A DNA stretch of 43,360 nucleotides. It comes from Armatimonadota bacterium. GTDB taxonomy: Bacteria > Sysuimicrobiota > Sysuimicrobiia > Sysuimicrobiales > Kaftiobacteriaceae. Under the pieces are notes generated by a model. That model did not search any database, was not told where the DNA came from, and worked only from the letters and a program-made list of their open reading frames with translations. A program made the translations under genes and the position numbers. Location: positions 1-43,360 of the forward strand of contig JACPRY010000124.1 in assembly GCA_016193565.1 (NCBI GenBank), read 5' to 3'. This document shows positions 8,709 through 16,384 of the stretch, piece by piece; the stretch's first letter is position 1; each line of letters begins with the position of its first letter.

Positions 8709-8968
8709 CGAGGCGCCTGCCGATGCACGAGCAGGTCCTGGAACGCCTTGTCCGCCCGCCGCGCCAGGTCCGACGGCCCGCCGTGGGCGATGCCAAGGAG
8801 ATCCTCGACGGCCGCATAGGCGCTATCACCACGTGGCGGGCCGCCGACTTGCTCCGCCATCCGGGCGATCGCCTCGCGGATCACCTCGGACTTCGTACGT
8901 CGCGTTTGCCGCGCCAACCGCCGCACGACCGCCTCTGTTTTCCTGTCGAGTCGCACGCTGGTAGGCAT
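8705..8968 (-). CDS. vapB: Ribbon-helix-helix (CopG/VapB-type) antitoxin
   Basis: 87 aa. The N-terminal beta-strand/helix pattern MPTSVRLDRKTEAVVRRLARQTRRTKSEVIREAI is typical of RHH antitoxins. GGGGAGG lies 4 nt before the ATG. Confidence 0.8.
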   Translation of the reverse strand: MPTSVRLDRKTEAVVRRLARQTRRTKSEVIREAIARMAEQVGGPPRGDSAYAAVEDLLGIAHGGPSDLARRADKAFQDLLVHRQAPR

Positions 8969-8987
8969 GACGCCTCCCCTGGGAAGC

Positions 8988-9030
8988 CTGTAATACGGTT
9001 AATGTACTACAGACGGCCACGGGCAGTCAA
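8988..9030 (-). promoter_or_regulatory. Putative vapBC promoter with overlapping palindromic operator
   Basis: Minus strand reads TTGACT (9030-9025), 18 nt, TACATT (9006-9001). An inverted repeat CTGTAGTAC-N7-GTATTACAG (8988-9012, one mismatch) overlaps the -10. Confidence 0.4.
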
Positions 9031-9293
9031 CATGACGCGCAACCGTCACCCTGTTATCAGCGAAACGATACAGAGGCAGGTCGATGGGAGGGAAGTTTGG
9101 GAGAACGCGCCTGGATTGCGGCAGAAGTACGAACGGCTCAGGCAGAAAATCCGGCGGGGGTTGAGCGCAAATGGGTCGGTGGCCGGCTCACCCCTCGGCG
9201 CAACCACGAGGCAACCAGACTGCCGGAACTCCCATACGCAACCACCGAATTCTTGTTGGCCAGATTCGCTAATCCCCCTGTCTGGAGCGGAGT

Positions 9294-9387
9294 TGGCGGA
9301 GGGCTGTAGGAATCGAACCTACCGGAGACCGACCGGCCTCCCGCCGGTTTTGAAGACCGGAAGGGGCACCAGCCCCCACTGCCCTCC
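9294..9387 (-). tRNA. selC: tRNA-Sec (anticodon UCA)
   Basis: 94 nt: GGAGGGC...CTTCAAA...GTAGGTTCGATTCCTAC...GCCCTCCGCCA. It has a 6-bp D-stem with a 4-nt loop (GGGGGC-TGGT-GCCCCT), anticodon loop CU-UCA-AA, a long variable arm (GGAGGCC-GGTC-GGTCTCC), a TTCGATT T-loop and an encoded CCA. It lies directly downstream of selA-selB. Confidence 0.9.
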
Positions 9388-9390
9388 GCA

Positions 9391-9430
9391 TGACGACGGG
9401 GAACGGGGAACGGGGAACGGGGAACGGTAA
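9391..9430. repeat. Heptamer tandem array (ACGGGGA x4 plus ACGGTAA) preceded by TGACG
   Basis: Units at 9396-9402, 9403-9409, 9410-9416, 9417-9423 and 9424-9430. It fills most of the spacer between the selB stop (9453) and the tRNA-Sec 5' end (9387). Confidence 0.9.
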
Positions 9431-9452
9431 CAGCCCTGTCCCCTCTGCAAAG

Positions 9453-11319
9453 TCACGAACCTCTCGTCGAATGGGCCTGTAGCAACACTCGGGCGTCGCC
9501 AACGCGCCGAGTAAGTTTGATCGTATCGAAGTACTCGAGGACGGTCAACGCGAACTTCCGGCTGGTGCCGAGCCGGTCACGCAGCGATGCCACGGTCACG
9601 CTCCCTTTCTCCGCCACTTCGGCCGCCGTGATTCGTTTGATCTCCTCTAGCGGGTCACGGTGGAAGACTACGCCGTCTCCCACTTCGACCACGAGGCCCT
9701 CGTCAAGCAGCGTTTGAAAGATCCGATCAAAGACATCTCTGCCCGGCATGAATGCCGCGAGCTCCCCGCGCAAAGGTGGAGCAAACTGTCCGCGCTTCAG
9801 CGCAGCGGCAATCTGGTCCCGGAGGCGGAGATCATCGGCCGATAACTGCCGGACGAACCCCTTTCGCCGGATGAATAGCCCGAGATCTTCGAACTCGCCC
9901 TCCGCGATCAGTTCATCGAGGACGTGAGCGTACAACCGGTTGTCACCGGAGACAAAGGCTTTCGTCTTTAGCTCGTCTTTGGGAATCCCCGGCCGCCAGG
10001 GCGCGGCGGCATGATGGACGTCGATTTCCCGCCTGATGGCGGCAGCGACATCCTGGACGGCCTGCACATGGAAGAGACGTCCGCGAACCGAAATTACCTT
10101 ACCGGCCGGCTCCATTTCGCGAATCAGACTTTCAACGTCGGTCTTGCCGGCGGCCAGTTCACGGGCTAGTTCATTAGTTGTCGCGCCAGTGCGTCCCACG
10201 TTGACGAGCACGTCTTCGAGCCTGGCAGCGAGCCCGGATGTCGCTTCCTCGATCGCCTTGACGCTCTCCGCCAGGGGGCGCCGCTTCGGCGCGTGCGGAC
10301 TAAGCACTTCGCCGCCTCCTATCGTCGTCATGGGCGAGTAGCGTCGAAGCACAAATGGGTCACCGGCTGCCGCGACCATCGGGGTTTCGAGGCGGGCCTG
10401 CGCGATGGCGGTCTCGCCTGGCTCGAGGCGCTGCCGGTCCAGTAGAGAGACCCGGCCAATCGTTTCGCCTGACCCGAGGTACAGTCGCACTCGGCCCTGA
10501 TGGGCCAGCGCCGGGGCTCCGGGCAGGAGCCGGATCCGGACATCCATGAGTTCGGTCGGCTTGAAGACGTCGGCCGTCGCCAGCACGTCTCCACGGCGGA
10601 TCGCTTCCTTCTCGATACCAACCAGGTTGACCGCGACTCGCGATCCGGCCAGACCTGCGCCGACCTCCTGCCCATGCGACTGCACGCCGCGTACGCGGAC
10701 CTGGATTTTCTCCGGAAGGATCTCCAGCACGTTCCCTGCCGAGATCCGACCACTCCACAGCGTTCCCGTGACCACGGTACCGAAGCCTGCCATTACGAAT
10801 GCGCGATCGATCGGGAGCCGGACGGGAGCATCAACGGACCGGGCCGGAATGGGATCCAGCATCTGGTCGATGGTCTCGATCAGGACGGGAATCCCCTCCC
10901 CTGTCTTCGCGGAAACCTCAAGCACGGGTGCCTGCTCGAGGAATGTTCCTGCGGTCAGCGCCCGCAGGTCGTCTTTCACGAGCGCAAGCCAGTCGCCATC
11001 GGAAAGGAGATCAATCTTGTTCAGCACGACAATGCCCGTGTGCACCGGCAGATAGCGCAGGATATCGAGGTGCTCGCGCGTCTGCGGCATGACGCCTTCG
11101 TCCGCGGCCACCACGAACAGCACGAGATCGATCCCGGTGGCGCCGGCGAGCATATTCTTGATGAGCCGCTCGTGCCCGGGGACGTCGACGATGCCGACTC
11201 GCCGCTCACTTGGAAGGTCGAAGTGGGCGAACCCGAGATCAATGGTCATTCCCCGGCGCTTCTCTTCTGCTCTTGCCGTGATCGATGTGACCCGCTGTCC
11301 CGATGACAAAGTGACGCAT
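9453..11319 (-). pseudogene. selB: Selenocysteine-specific elongation factor SelB, disrupted near the 5' end
   Basis: The body (track ORF 9453..11393) has [31 protein letters not shown] and the long C-terminal winged-helix region. The G1 P-loop [17 protein letters not shown] starts at ATG 11319 in another frame and stops at 11239. About 15 residues normally between GKS and EEK are absent (junction near 11268). Confidence 0.85.
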
Positions 11320-11331
11320 ACCCTAACTACC

Positions 11332-11418
11332 GTGAATGGTGAATGGTGAATAGTGAATGGAAAGTGCCGTGGAGGGTGATACGTAGTTACCATTCACCAT
11401 TCACGATTCACCATTCAC
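11332..11418. repeat. Inverted pair of GTGAATG heptamer arrays (28-nt arms, 31-nt loop) between selA and selB
   Basis: Left arm 11332-11359 reads GTGAATG GTGAATG GTGAATA GTGAATG. Right arm 11391-11418 reads CATTCAC CATTCAC GATTCAC CATTCAC. The arms are complementary apart from the variant units. The selA stop TGA (11415-11417) lies inside the right arm. Confidence 0.95.
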
Positions 11419-12800
11419 AATTTACTGGCGATGCCGCCCAGCGCTTCCAGGATGGTCGCGTCATCTCCCGGCAAGAGCGTTCTCACATCAAGGAGGACAG
11501 TGTTCTGACTGATGCGGGCGAAGATCGGGGGCGTGTGTGTCCGGAGGGCAGTTTCGAGGCGGTCGGGTGAGGACGGTGTGCGGATCGCAAGCGCAAACGA
11601 CGGAAGGTGTGCTTCAGGCAGCGAGCCGCCGCCGACTTCGGCGGTCGTGGCTATGACCTCGGACTGCCATCCTGCGGGCAGCCTTCCGGCCAGAGACTGG
11701 CGCATCCGTTCTGCGGATGCACGAAGTTCCTCGGGCGATGCGGCCAACATCTTCAGAACCGGCACGGTCTGCCAGGCGCGCTCGGGATCCAGGTAGTCCT
11801 GAAGGGTCGCGGCGAGCGCGCCGATGTCCAGCTTGTCCATGCGGACTGCGCGGGCCAGCGGATGGGACCGGATGCGCTCGAGGTATCTTCCCCGGCCGAC
11901 GATCACGCCGGCCTGCGGCCCCCCAAGCAGTTTGTCGCCGCTGAAAGTCACGAGATCGCAACCTGCGCGGATCGCCTCGGGCACGGCCGGCTCGTAGGGC
12001 AGCCCTTTCGTTCTCAGATCGACCAGACAGCCGCTCCCGACATCGTACATCAGGGGGATGCCGTGCCGGCGGCCCAGGTCAACCAGGTCGTCGATCGACG
12101 CCTCGTGCACGAACCCGTCGATCACGAAGTTCGAGCGGTGAACTTTCAGGAGCAGCGCTGTATTGGGCGTAATCGCTCGCTCATAGTCGCGGCTGTAGGT
12201 CCGGTTCGTGGTCCCGACCTCGACCAATACTGCGCCGCTTTGCGCCATCACCTCGGGAAGCCGGAAGGAACCGCCGATTTCGACGAGTTCCCCGCGCGAG
12301 ACAATGACCTCCTTGCCCTGGGCGAGAGCGGAAAGCGCAAGGAGCACGGCGGCCGCATTGTTGTTCACCGCGATTCCGGCTTCGGCGCCGGTCACCTGAG
12401 TCAGGAGCGGCTCCAGGTGTTGGTGACGCGATCCGCGGCGACCGCCCTCGGGCTCCACTTCAAGCGTGGCGTAGCCGAGCGCCGCTTCCATCGCGGCTGC
12501 CCGAGCTCGTTCGCTGAGCGGCGCCCGTCCCAAATTGGTATGGAGGATGATGCCCGTGGCATTGACCGCGCGGGTGAGTGTCGAGGCCGTTCGACGCTGA
12601 AGGAGCGATGCGACGTCGAGAGCGAGGGCTTCCGGCGCGACATCTGCAGACTCGTTCCTGAGCAGGCGCGCCCGAGCCGCATCCACGATCTCTCGAGCGC
12701 AGGCGACGATCAAGGGCCTGGGGTATTTCCCGGCCGCGCGCTGTTCGGTCAGCTGCGCGAGGCGCTCTACCGACGGAAGCCTGCTGAGATCCGCCGCCAT
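11415..12800 (-). CDS. selA: L-seryl-tRNA(Sec) selenium transferase
   Basis: 461 aa, full length. NATGIILHTNLGRAPL, VNNNAAAVLLAL and FSGDKLLGGPQAG (PLP lysine) are SelA signatures. It sits next to selB and tRNA-Sec. Confidence 0.92.
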   Translation of the reverse strand: MAADLSRLPSVERLAQLTEQRAAGKYPRPLIVACAREIVDAARARLLRNESADVAPEALALDVASLLQRRTASTLTRAVNATGIILHTNLGRAPLSERARAAAMEAALGYATLEVEPEGGRRGSRHQHLEPLLTQVTGAEAGIAVNNNAAAVLLALSALAQGKEVIVSRGELVEIGGSFRLPEVMAQSGAVLVEVGTTNRTYSRDYERAITPNTALLLKVHRSNFVIDGFVHEASIDDLVDLGRRHGIPLMYDVGSGCLVDLRTKGLPYEPAVPEAIRAGCDLVTFSGDKLLGGPQAGVIVGRGRYLERIRSHPLARAVRMDKLDIGALAATLQDYLDPERAWQTVPVLKMLAASPEELRASAERMRQSLAGRLPAGWQSEVIATTAEVGGGSLPEAHLPSFALAIRTPSSPDRLETALRTHTPPIFARISQNTVLLDVRTLLPGDDATILEALGGIASKL

Positions 12801-12839
12801 ATCTATCTAACGCAACAAGCGAAATCCACCGGCCTCACC

Positions 12840-13055
12840 TCACCGCAAAGCGTAGCCGATGATGACTCCGAGTGTGATCACGATCGAGCTGACGGCGAGC
12901 AGCCGCCGGACATCCGCCCGCACCCAGGTCATCAACTCCGCGTCGGTCCACCTGACCGCGGCCTGACCGCCGGTCTGGACCCGCAGGCGGGTGCCGCAGT
13001 TCCGGCAGACGATCTTGCCGGGTGGATTTTCAGTCCCGCACTTGGGGCACTTCAT
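12840..13055 (-). CDS. Zinc-ribbon protein with C-terminal transmembrane helix
   Basis: 71 aa. CPKCG...CRNCG double CxxC motif followed by a hydrophobic tail LLAVSSIVITLGVIIGYAL. ATGA overlap with the upstream PHP gene. Confidence 0.6.
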   Translation of the reverse strand: MKCPKCGTENPPGKIVCRNCGTRLRVQTGGQAAVRWTDAELMTWVRADVRRLLAVSSIVITLGVIIGYALR

Positions 13056-13894
13056 GGATACCTCCCTACTGCCGGCTTCTTCTTCAGATGCCGCTCCTTC
13101 AGCTTGTCAATTACCTCAGCCGGCACGAACTGTCCTCCGATCGGCGTCTTCGTCGCCAGGTTGGTGCCGTGAAAGTCAGTGCCGCCAGTCACGAGGAGGT
13201 TGTGCTGTTTGGCCAGTGCAAGGTAGTGTGCCTGCATTGCCGGCGTGTGCTCTGGATAATACGCCTCGATCCCCTCAAGACCAGCATCGACCAGCGAAGC
13301 GATCATGGCATCTTGCACGCCCCACCCCGGATGTGCCAGGACCGGGATGCCCCCGGCCCTCAGAATCACCTGCACCGCTTCCTCCGGGGTGACTTTCATG
13401 CGCTCGACGTAAGCCGGGCCACTGCGCCCGATGTACCGGTCGAACGCCTCCTCGACGCTCTTGACCGCCCCCGCCTCAACCATGGCCCAGGCCACGTGCG
13501 GCCGACCCACCGCCCCCTGCGCGAGAGCCCGCACTCGTGCAAAATCCACCTCGATGCCGAGCGCGTTGAGCTTCTCAACCATCCGTTCCGCTCTGTGCAG
13601 CCGGCCGTTGCGCAGTTTGCGGAGAAACTCCTGCAGCCACGCCTCGCGATGATCGATGAAGTAGCCGAGCACGTGGACCTCTCCCTGGTCCACGTCGGTG
13701 TTGATCTCCACGGCCGGAATGACCTCGACGCCCAGCCGCATCCCTGCCGCCACGGCGGCATCCACCCCGTCGGTGCTGTCGTGATCGCATATCGCGAGCA
13801 CGTGCACGCCGGCATTCCTTGCCATGTCCACGAGCTGCTCCGGGGACAGCAGCCCGTCTGACGCCGTCGTGTGGGTGTGCAGGTCAATCCGCAT
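13052..13894 (-). CDS. PHP-domain phosphoesterase (TrpH/YciV-like)
   Basis: MRIDLHTHTTASDG...ICDHDSTDG...AHPG...GGTDFHG are PHP metal-binding motifs. The likely start is ATG 13894; the longer track ORF to 14002 overlaps ymdB. Confidence 0.85.
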   Translation of the reverse strand: MRIDLHTHTTASDGLLSPEQLVDMARNAGVHVLAICDHDSTDGVDAAVAAGMRLGVEVIPAVEINTDVDQGEVHVLGYFIDHREAWLQEFLRKLRNGRLHRAERMVEKLNALGIEVDFARVRALAQGAVGRPHVAWAMVEAGAVKSVEEAFDRYIGRSGPAYVERMKVTPEEAVQVILRAGGIPVLAHPGWGVQDAMIASLVDAGLEGIEAYYPEHTPAMQAHYLALAKQHNLLVTGGTDFHGTNLATKTPIGGQFVPAEVIDKLKERHLKKKPAVGRYP

Positions 13895-14678
13895 TCTGCG
13901 AGTCGTGTTCCTGAATCCTGGTAATGGATCGCGCGCGACCAGTCTGCTCGTCCACGTCGATGAGGACGGCGTTGAACTGCGCTGGGCCTGTGGCGACCTC
14001 AAAGCGCGCGGGCAGCTGGGTCAGAAACCGCTCCAGGATGATCTCGCGATCCATGCCGATGACGCCATCGCGCGGGCCGGTCATCCCCACGTCGGTGATG
14101 TAGGCGGTGCCGCCGGGCAGGATACGCTCATCCGCAGTCTGCACGTGCGTGTGCGTGCCAACAAGAGCGGTGACGAGGCCGTCGAGATGCCAGCCGAGCG
14201 CAATCTTCTCGCTCGTTGCCTCAGCGTGAAAATCGACGATGATCACCTGCGTCTCATCCCGCAATCGCTCCGCCTCGGCCCTCGCGGCTCGAAAGGGGTC
14301 GTCAAGTTCCTGCATGAACACGCGCCCCTGCAGGTTCATGACGGCCACCGGCGCGCCACCGCCGCTCTCCACCACCGTCGCCCCGCGTCCCGGCGCGCCC
14401 GGAGGAAAATTGAGCGGACGCAGGATCCGGGTATGACTGTCGAGGAGCTCGTACGCTGAGCGCTGGTGCCAGATGTGGTTGCCGCCGGTGATCACGTCGA
14501 CCCCGGCGGCCAGGATCTCTTCGGCAATCTCGGCGGTAATGCCGGCGCCCGCGGCCGCGTTCTCGCCGTTGGCGATCACAAGCGCGAGCCCGTGCTCGCG
14601 GCGAAGCCGGGGCAGCGTCTCCTTCAGGATGCGCCGCCCCGGCTTCCCGGTGATATCGCCCACGACCAAGATACGCAT
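13884..14678 (-). CDS. ymdB: YmdB-family metallophosphoesterase (2',3'-cyclic-nucleotide phosphodiesterase)
   Basis: MRILVVGDITGKPGR...IANGENAAAGAGIT...VDFHAEATSEK...GTHTHVQTADERI are hallmark YmdB motifs. It sits immediately downstream of rny, as in Bacillus. The likely start is ATG 14678 (the track start is a TTG at 14681). Confidence 0.9.
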   Translation of the reverse strand: MRILVVGDITGKPGRRILKETLPRLRREHGLALVIANGENAAAGAGITAEIAEEILAAGVDVITGGNHIWHQRSAYELLDSHTRILRPLNFPPGAPGRGATVVESGGGAPVAVMNLQGRVFMQELDDPFRAARAEAERLRDETQVIIVDFHAEATSEKIALGWHLDGLVTALVGTHTHVQTADERILPGGTAYITDVGMTGPRDGVIGMDREIILERFLTQLPARFEVATGPAQFNAVLIDVDEQTGRARSITRIQEHDSQNAD

Positions 14679-14683
14679 CAACG

Positions 14684-14711
14684 ACGGGAACCGGGAACGG
14701 GGAACGGGGAA
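14684..14711. repeat. Heptamer tandem array (ACGGGAA CCGGGAA CGGGGAA CGGGGAA) in the rny-ymdB spacer
   Basis: Four units with period 7. Same unit family as 9396..9430. It occupies most of the 49-nt spacer between the rny stop (14728) and the ymdB start. Confidence 0.85.
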
Positions 14712-14727
14712 TCGCTCCCGTGTCTTT

Positions 14728-16266
14728 TCACCTTGCGTACTCGATGACCCGAGTCTCTCGAAGCACGGTCACCTTGATCTGGCCAGGATACTCCAGTTCT
14801 TCTTCGATTTTCTTGGCCACGTCCCGCGCCAGGGCCTGCGCAGTGATGTCGTCCACCTCGGCCGGTTTGACGATCACGCGGATTTCGCGGCCTGCCTGGA
14901 TGGCGTACGCCTTCTCCACGCCGGCAAACGACGTCGCGATGCGCTCGAGGTTCTCCAGGCGCTTGATGTACATCTCCGCGGTCTCCTTGCGCGCGCCCGG
15001 ACGGCTGCCGGAGATGGCATCGGCGGCGGCGACGATGATCGCTTCGATGTACTTGGCCTCTTCCTCGCCGTGGTGATACGCGATCGCGTTGAGGACTTCG
15101 GGCGGCTCATGATACCGGCGGCAGATGTCCACACCGATCGCGATGTGCGTCCCCTCGACCTCGTGGGTCAGCGCCTTCCCGATGTCATGCAGCAGCCCGG
15201 CTCGCTTGGCCATCTGCACGTCGGCGTCGAGATAGCCGGCCAGCAGCCCGCCCAGCAGCGCGACCTCGACCGAGTGCTGGAGGATGTTTTGACCGTACGA
15301 GTACCGGAAGCGCAGCCGGCCGATGAGCTTGATCTCTTCGGGGTGCAGCCCGTGCACGCCGGCCTCAAACACCGCCCGCTCGCCCTCCTCACGGATCCGC
15401 TGGTCGAGCTCCCGTTGGGACTTTTCAACCATCTCCTCGATGCGGGCGGGATGGATGCGGCCGTCGGCGATGAGCTTCTCGAGCGCGAGCTTGGCGATCT
15501 CACGCCGGATCGGATCAAAGGACGAGAGCGTGACGGCTTCGGGCGTGTCATCGATGATGAGGTCGACGCCGGTGAGGCCTTCGAGCGTGCGGATGTTGCG
15601 TCCCTCGCGGCCGATGATGCGGCCCTTCATGTCATCGTTGGGAATTGGGACGACCGAAACGGTCATGTCCGCGGTGTGGTCCGCGGCGGTTCGCTGGATG
15701 GCGAGGGCGATAATCTCCCGGGCCCGGCGGTCGGCTTCCTCGCGGGCCTCGGTTTCTACCTTTTTGATGATCTGCAGAGCGTCGCTGCGGACCTGCTCGT
15801 CGACCTGCTTGAGCAGTTGCTCGCGGGCCTGCTCGGCCGTGAGACCGGAAATCCGTTCCAGTTCCTGTTGCTGACGCGCGGCGAGGGCTGATGCATCCTC
15901 TCGCGCCTTGACTAGCTCCTGCTCCCTCTGGGCCAGGGCCCGTTCACGCTGTTCTTGACTGTCGGACTTGCGGTCGAGGGACTCTTCACGCTGAACCACC
16001 CGTCGCTCAAGACGCTGGACCTCGGCTCGCTGCTCGCGGATCTCGCGTTCGGACTCACGCTTGAGCCGGAACGCCTCATCTTTGGCCTCAACGATCGCTT
16101 CACGTTTCTTCGCCTCGGCCTCTTTGTGCCCATCTTCAATGATCCGTCGGGCGGCCTCTTCGGCCGACTTAATCCGCGCCTCGGCGACGTACCTGCGCAG
16201 GAGATATCCAAGGAGGAAGGCGATCAACCCCGCCAGCGCTGCCGTGACGAATGTATCGGACGGCAT
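14728..16266 (-). CDS. rny: Ribonuclease Y
   Basis: 512 aa. N-terminal TM helix, long charged coiled coil, KH domain ([14 protein letters not shown]) and HD domain (LLHDIGKA...HH). GGAGGTGA lies 6 nt before the ATG. Confidence 0.95.
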   Translation of the reverse strand: MPSDTFVTAALAGLIAFLLGYLLRRYVAEARIKSAEEAARRIIEDGHKEAEAKKREAIVEAKDEAFRLKRESEREIREQRAEVQRLERRVVQREESLDRKSDSQEQRERALAQREQELVKAREDASALAARQQQELERISGLTAEQAREQLLKQVDEQVRSDALQIIKKVETEAREEADRRAREIIALAIQRTAADHTADMTVSVVPIPNDDMKGRIIGREGRNIRTLEGLTGVDLIIDDTPEAVTLSSFDPIRREIAKLALEKLIADGRIHPARIEEMVEKSQRELDQRIREEGERAVFEAGVHGLHPEEIKLIGRLRFRYSYGQNILQHSVEVALLGGLLAGYLDADVQMAKRAGLLHDIGKALTHEVEGTHIAIGVDICRRYHEPPEVLNAIAYHHGEEEAKYIEAIIVAAADAISGSRPGARKETAEMYIKRLENLERIATSFAGVEKAYAIQAGREIRVIVKPAEVDDITAQALARDVAKKIEEELEYPGQIKVTVLRETRVIEYAR

Positions 16267-16364
16267 GGCGGGTCACCTCCGTGGCCGTTACGTCAGAATG
16301 CGTACGTCGCGCGCTGTCACCTCTACAGAACGTATATCAGCGCCGGAGTCCGGCGCTTTGGAAT

Positions 16365-16373
16365 ATTGTAGCA
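16365..16373 (-). promoter_or_regulatory. Possible extended -10 promoter element upstream of rny
   Basis: Minus strand reads TGCTACAAT (TGn + TACAAT) about 100 nt before the rny ATG, with no convincing -35. It is followed 8 nt later by the hairpin GCGCCGG-ACT-CCGGCGC (16340-16356). Confidence 0.25.
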
Positions 16374-16384
16374 GGAAACTTATG

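Noticed and set aside
2751-9293. Integrase, transposase or excisionase genes inside the tRNA-Sec-bounded segment
   Set aside because: Every ORF of 60 aa or more was inspected. None shows tyrosine or serine recombinase motifs or DDE motifs. The islet interpretation therefore remains circumstantial.
8723-9430. 235-aa plus-strand ORF spanning the vapB antisense strand, the spacer and tRNA-Sec
   Set aside because: It runs antisense through vapB, straight across the tRNA-Sec gene, and ends in the heptamer array. It has no recognisable domain.
11320-11393. N-terminal extension [23 protein letters not shown] of track ORF 9453..11393 as the real SelB start
   Set aside because: The peptide is a direct translation of the loop and heptamer arm of the selA-selB hairpin. 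The genuine SelB N-terminus with the P-loop lies in another frame, starting at 11319.
11370-11420. selA TGA plus downstream hairpin as a SECIS-directed readthrough fusing SelA to SelB (selA and the selB body share a frame, separated by only two TGA codons)
   Set aside because: The shared frame has a one-in-three chance expectation, and the TGA codons are an intrinsic part of the heptamer unit. The hairpin has none of the apical features of bacterial SECIS elements that I can recognise, and the fused product would still lack the GTPase P-loop.
16340-16356. Hairpin GCGCCGG-AGT-CCGGCGC as the terminator of the SbcE-like gene
   Set aside because: On the transcribed (minus) strand it is followed by TGATATACG, not a U-tract. 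It also lies downstream of a possible rny -10 element, so it may instead be a 5' stem-loop of the rny transcript. I left it uncalled as a terminator.
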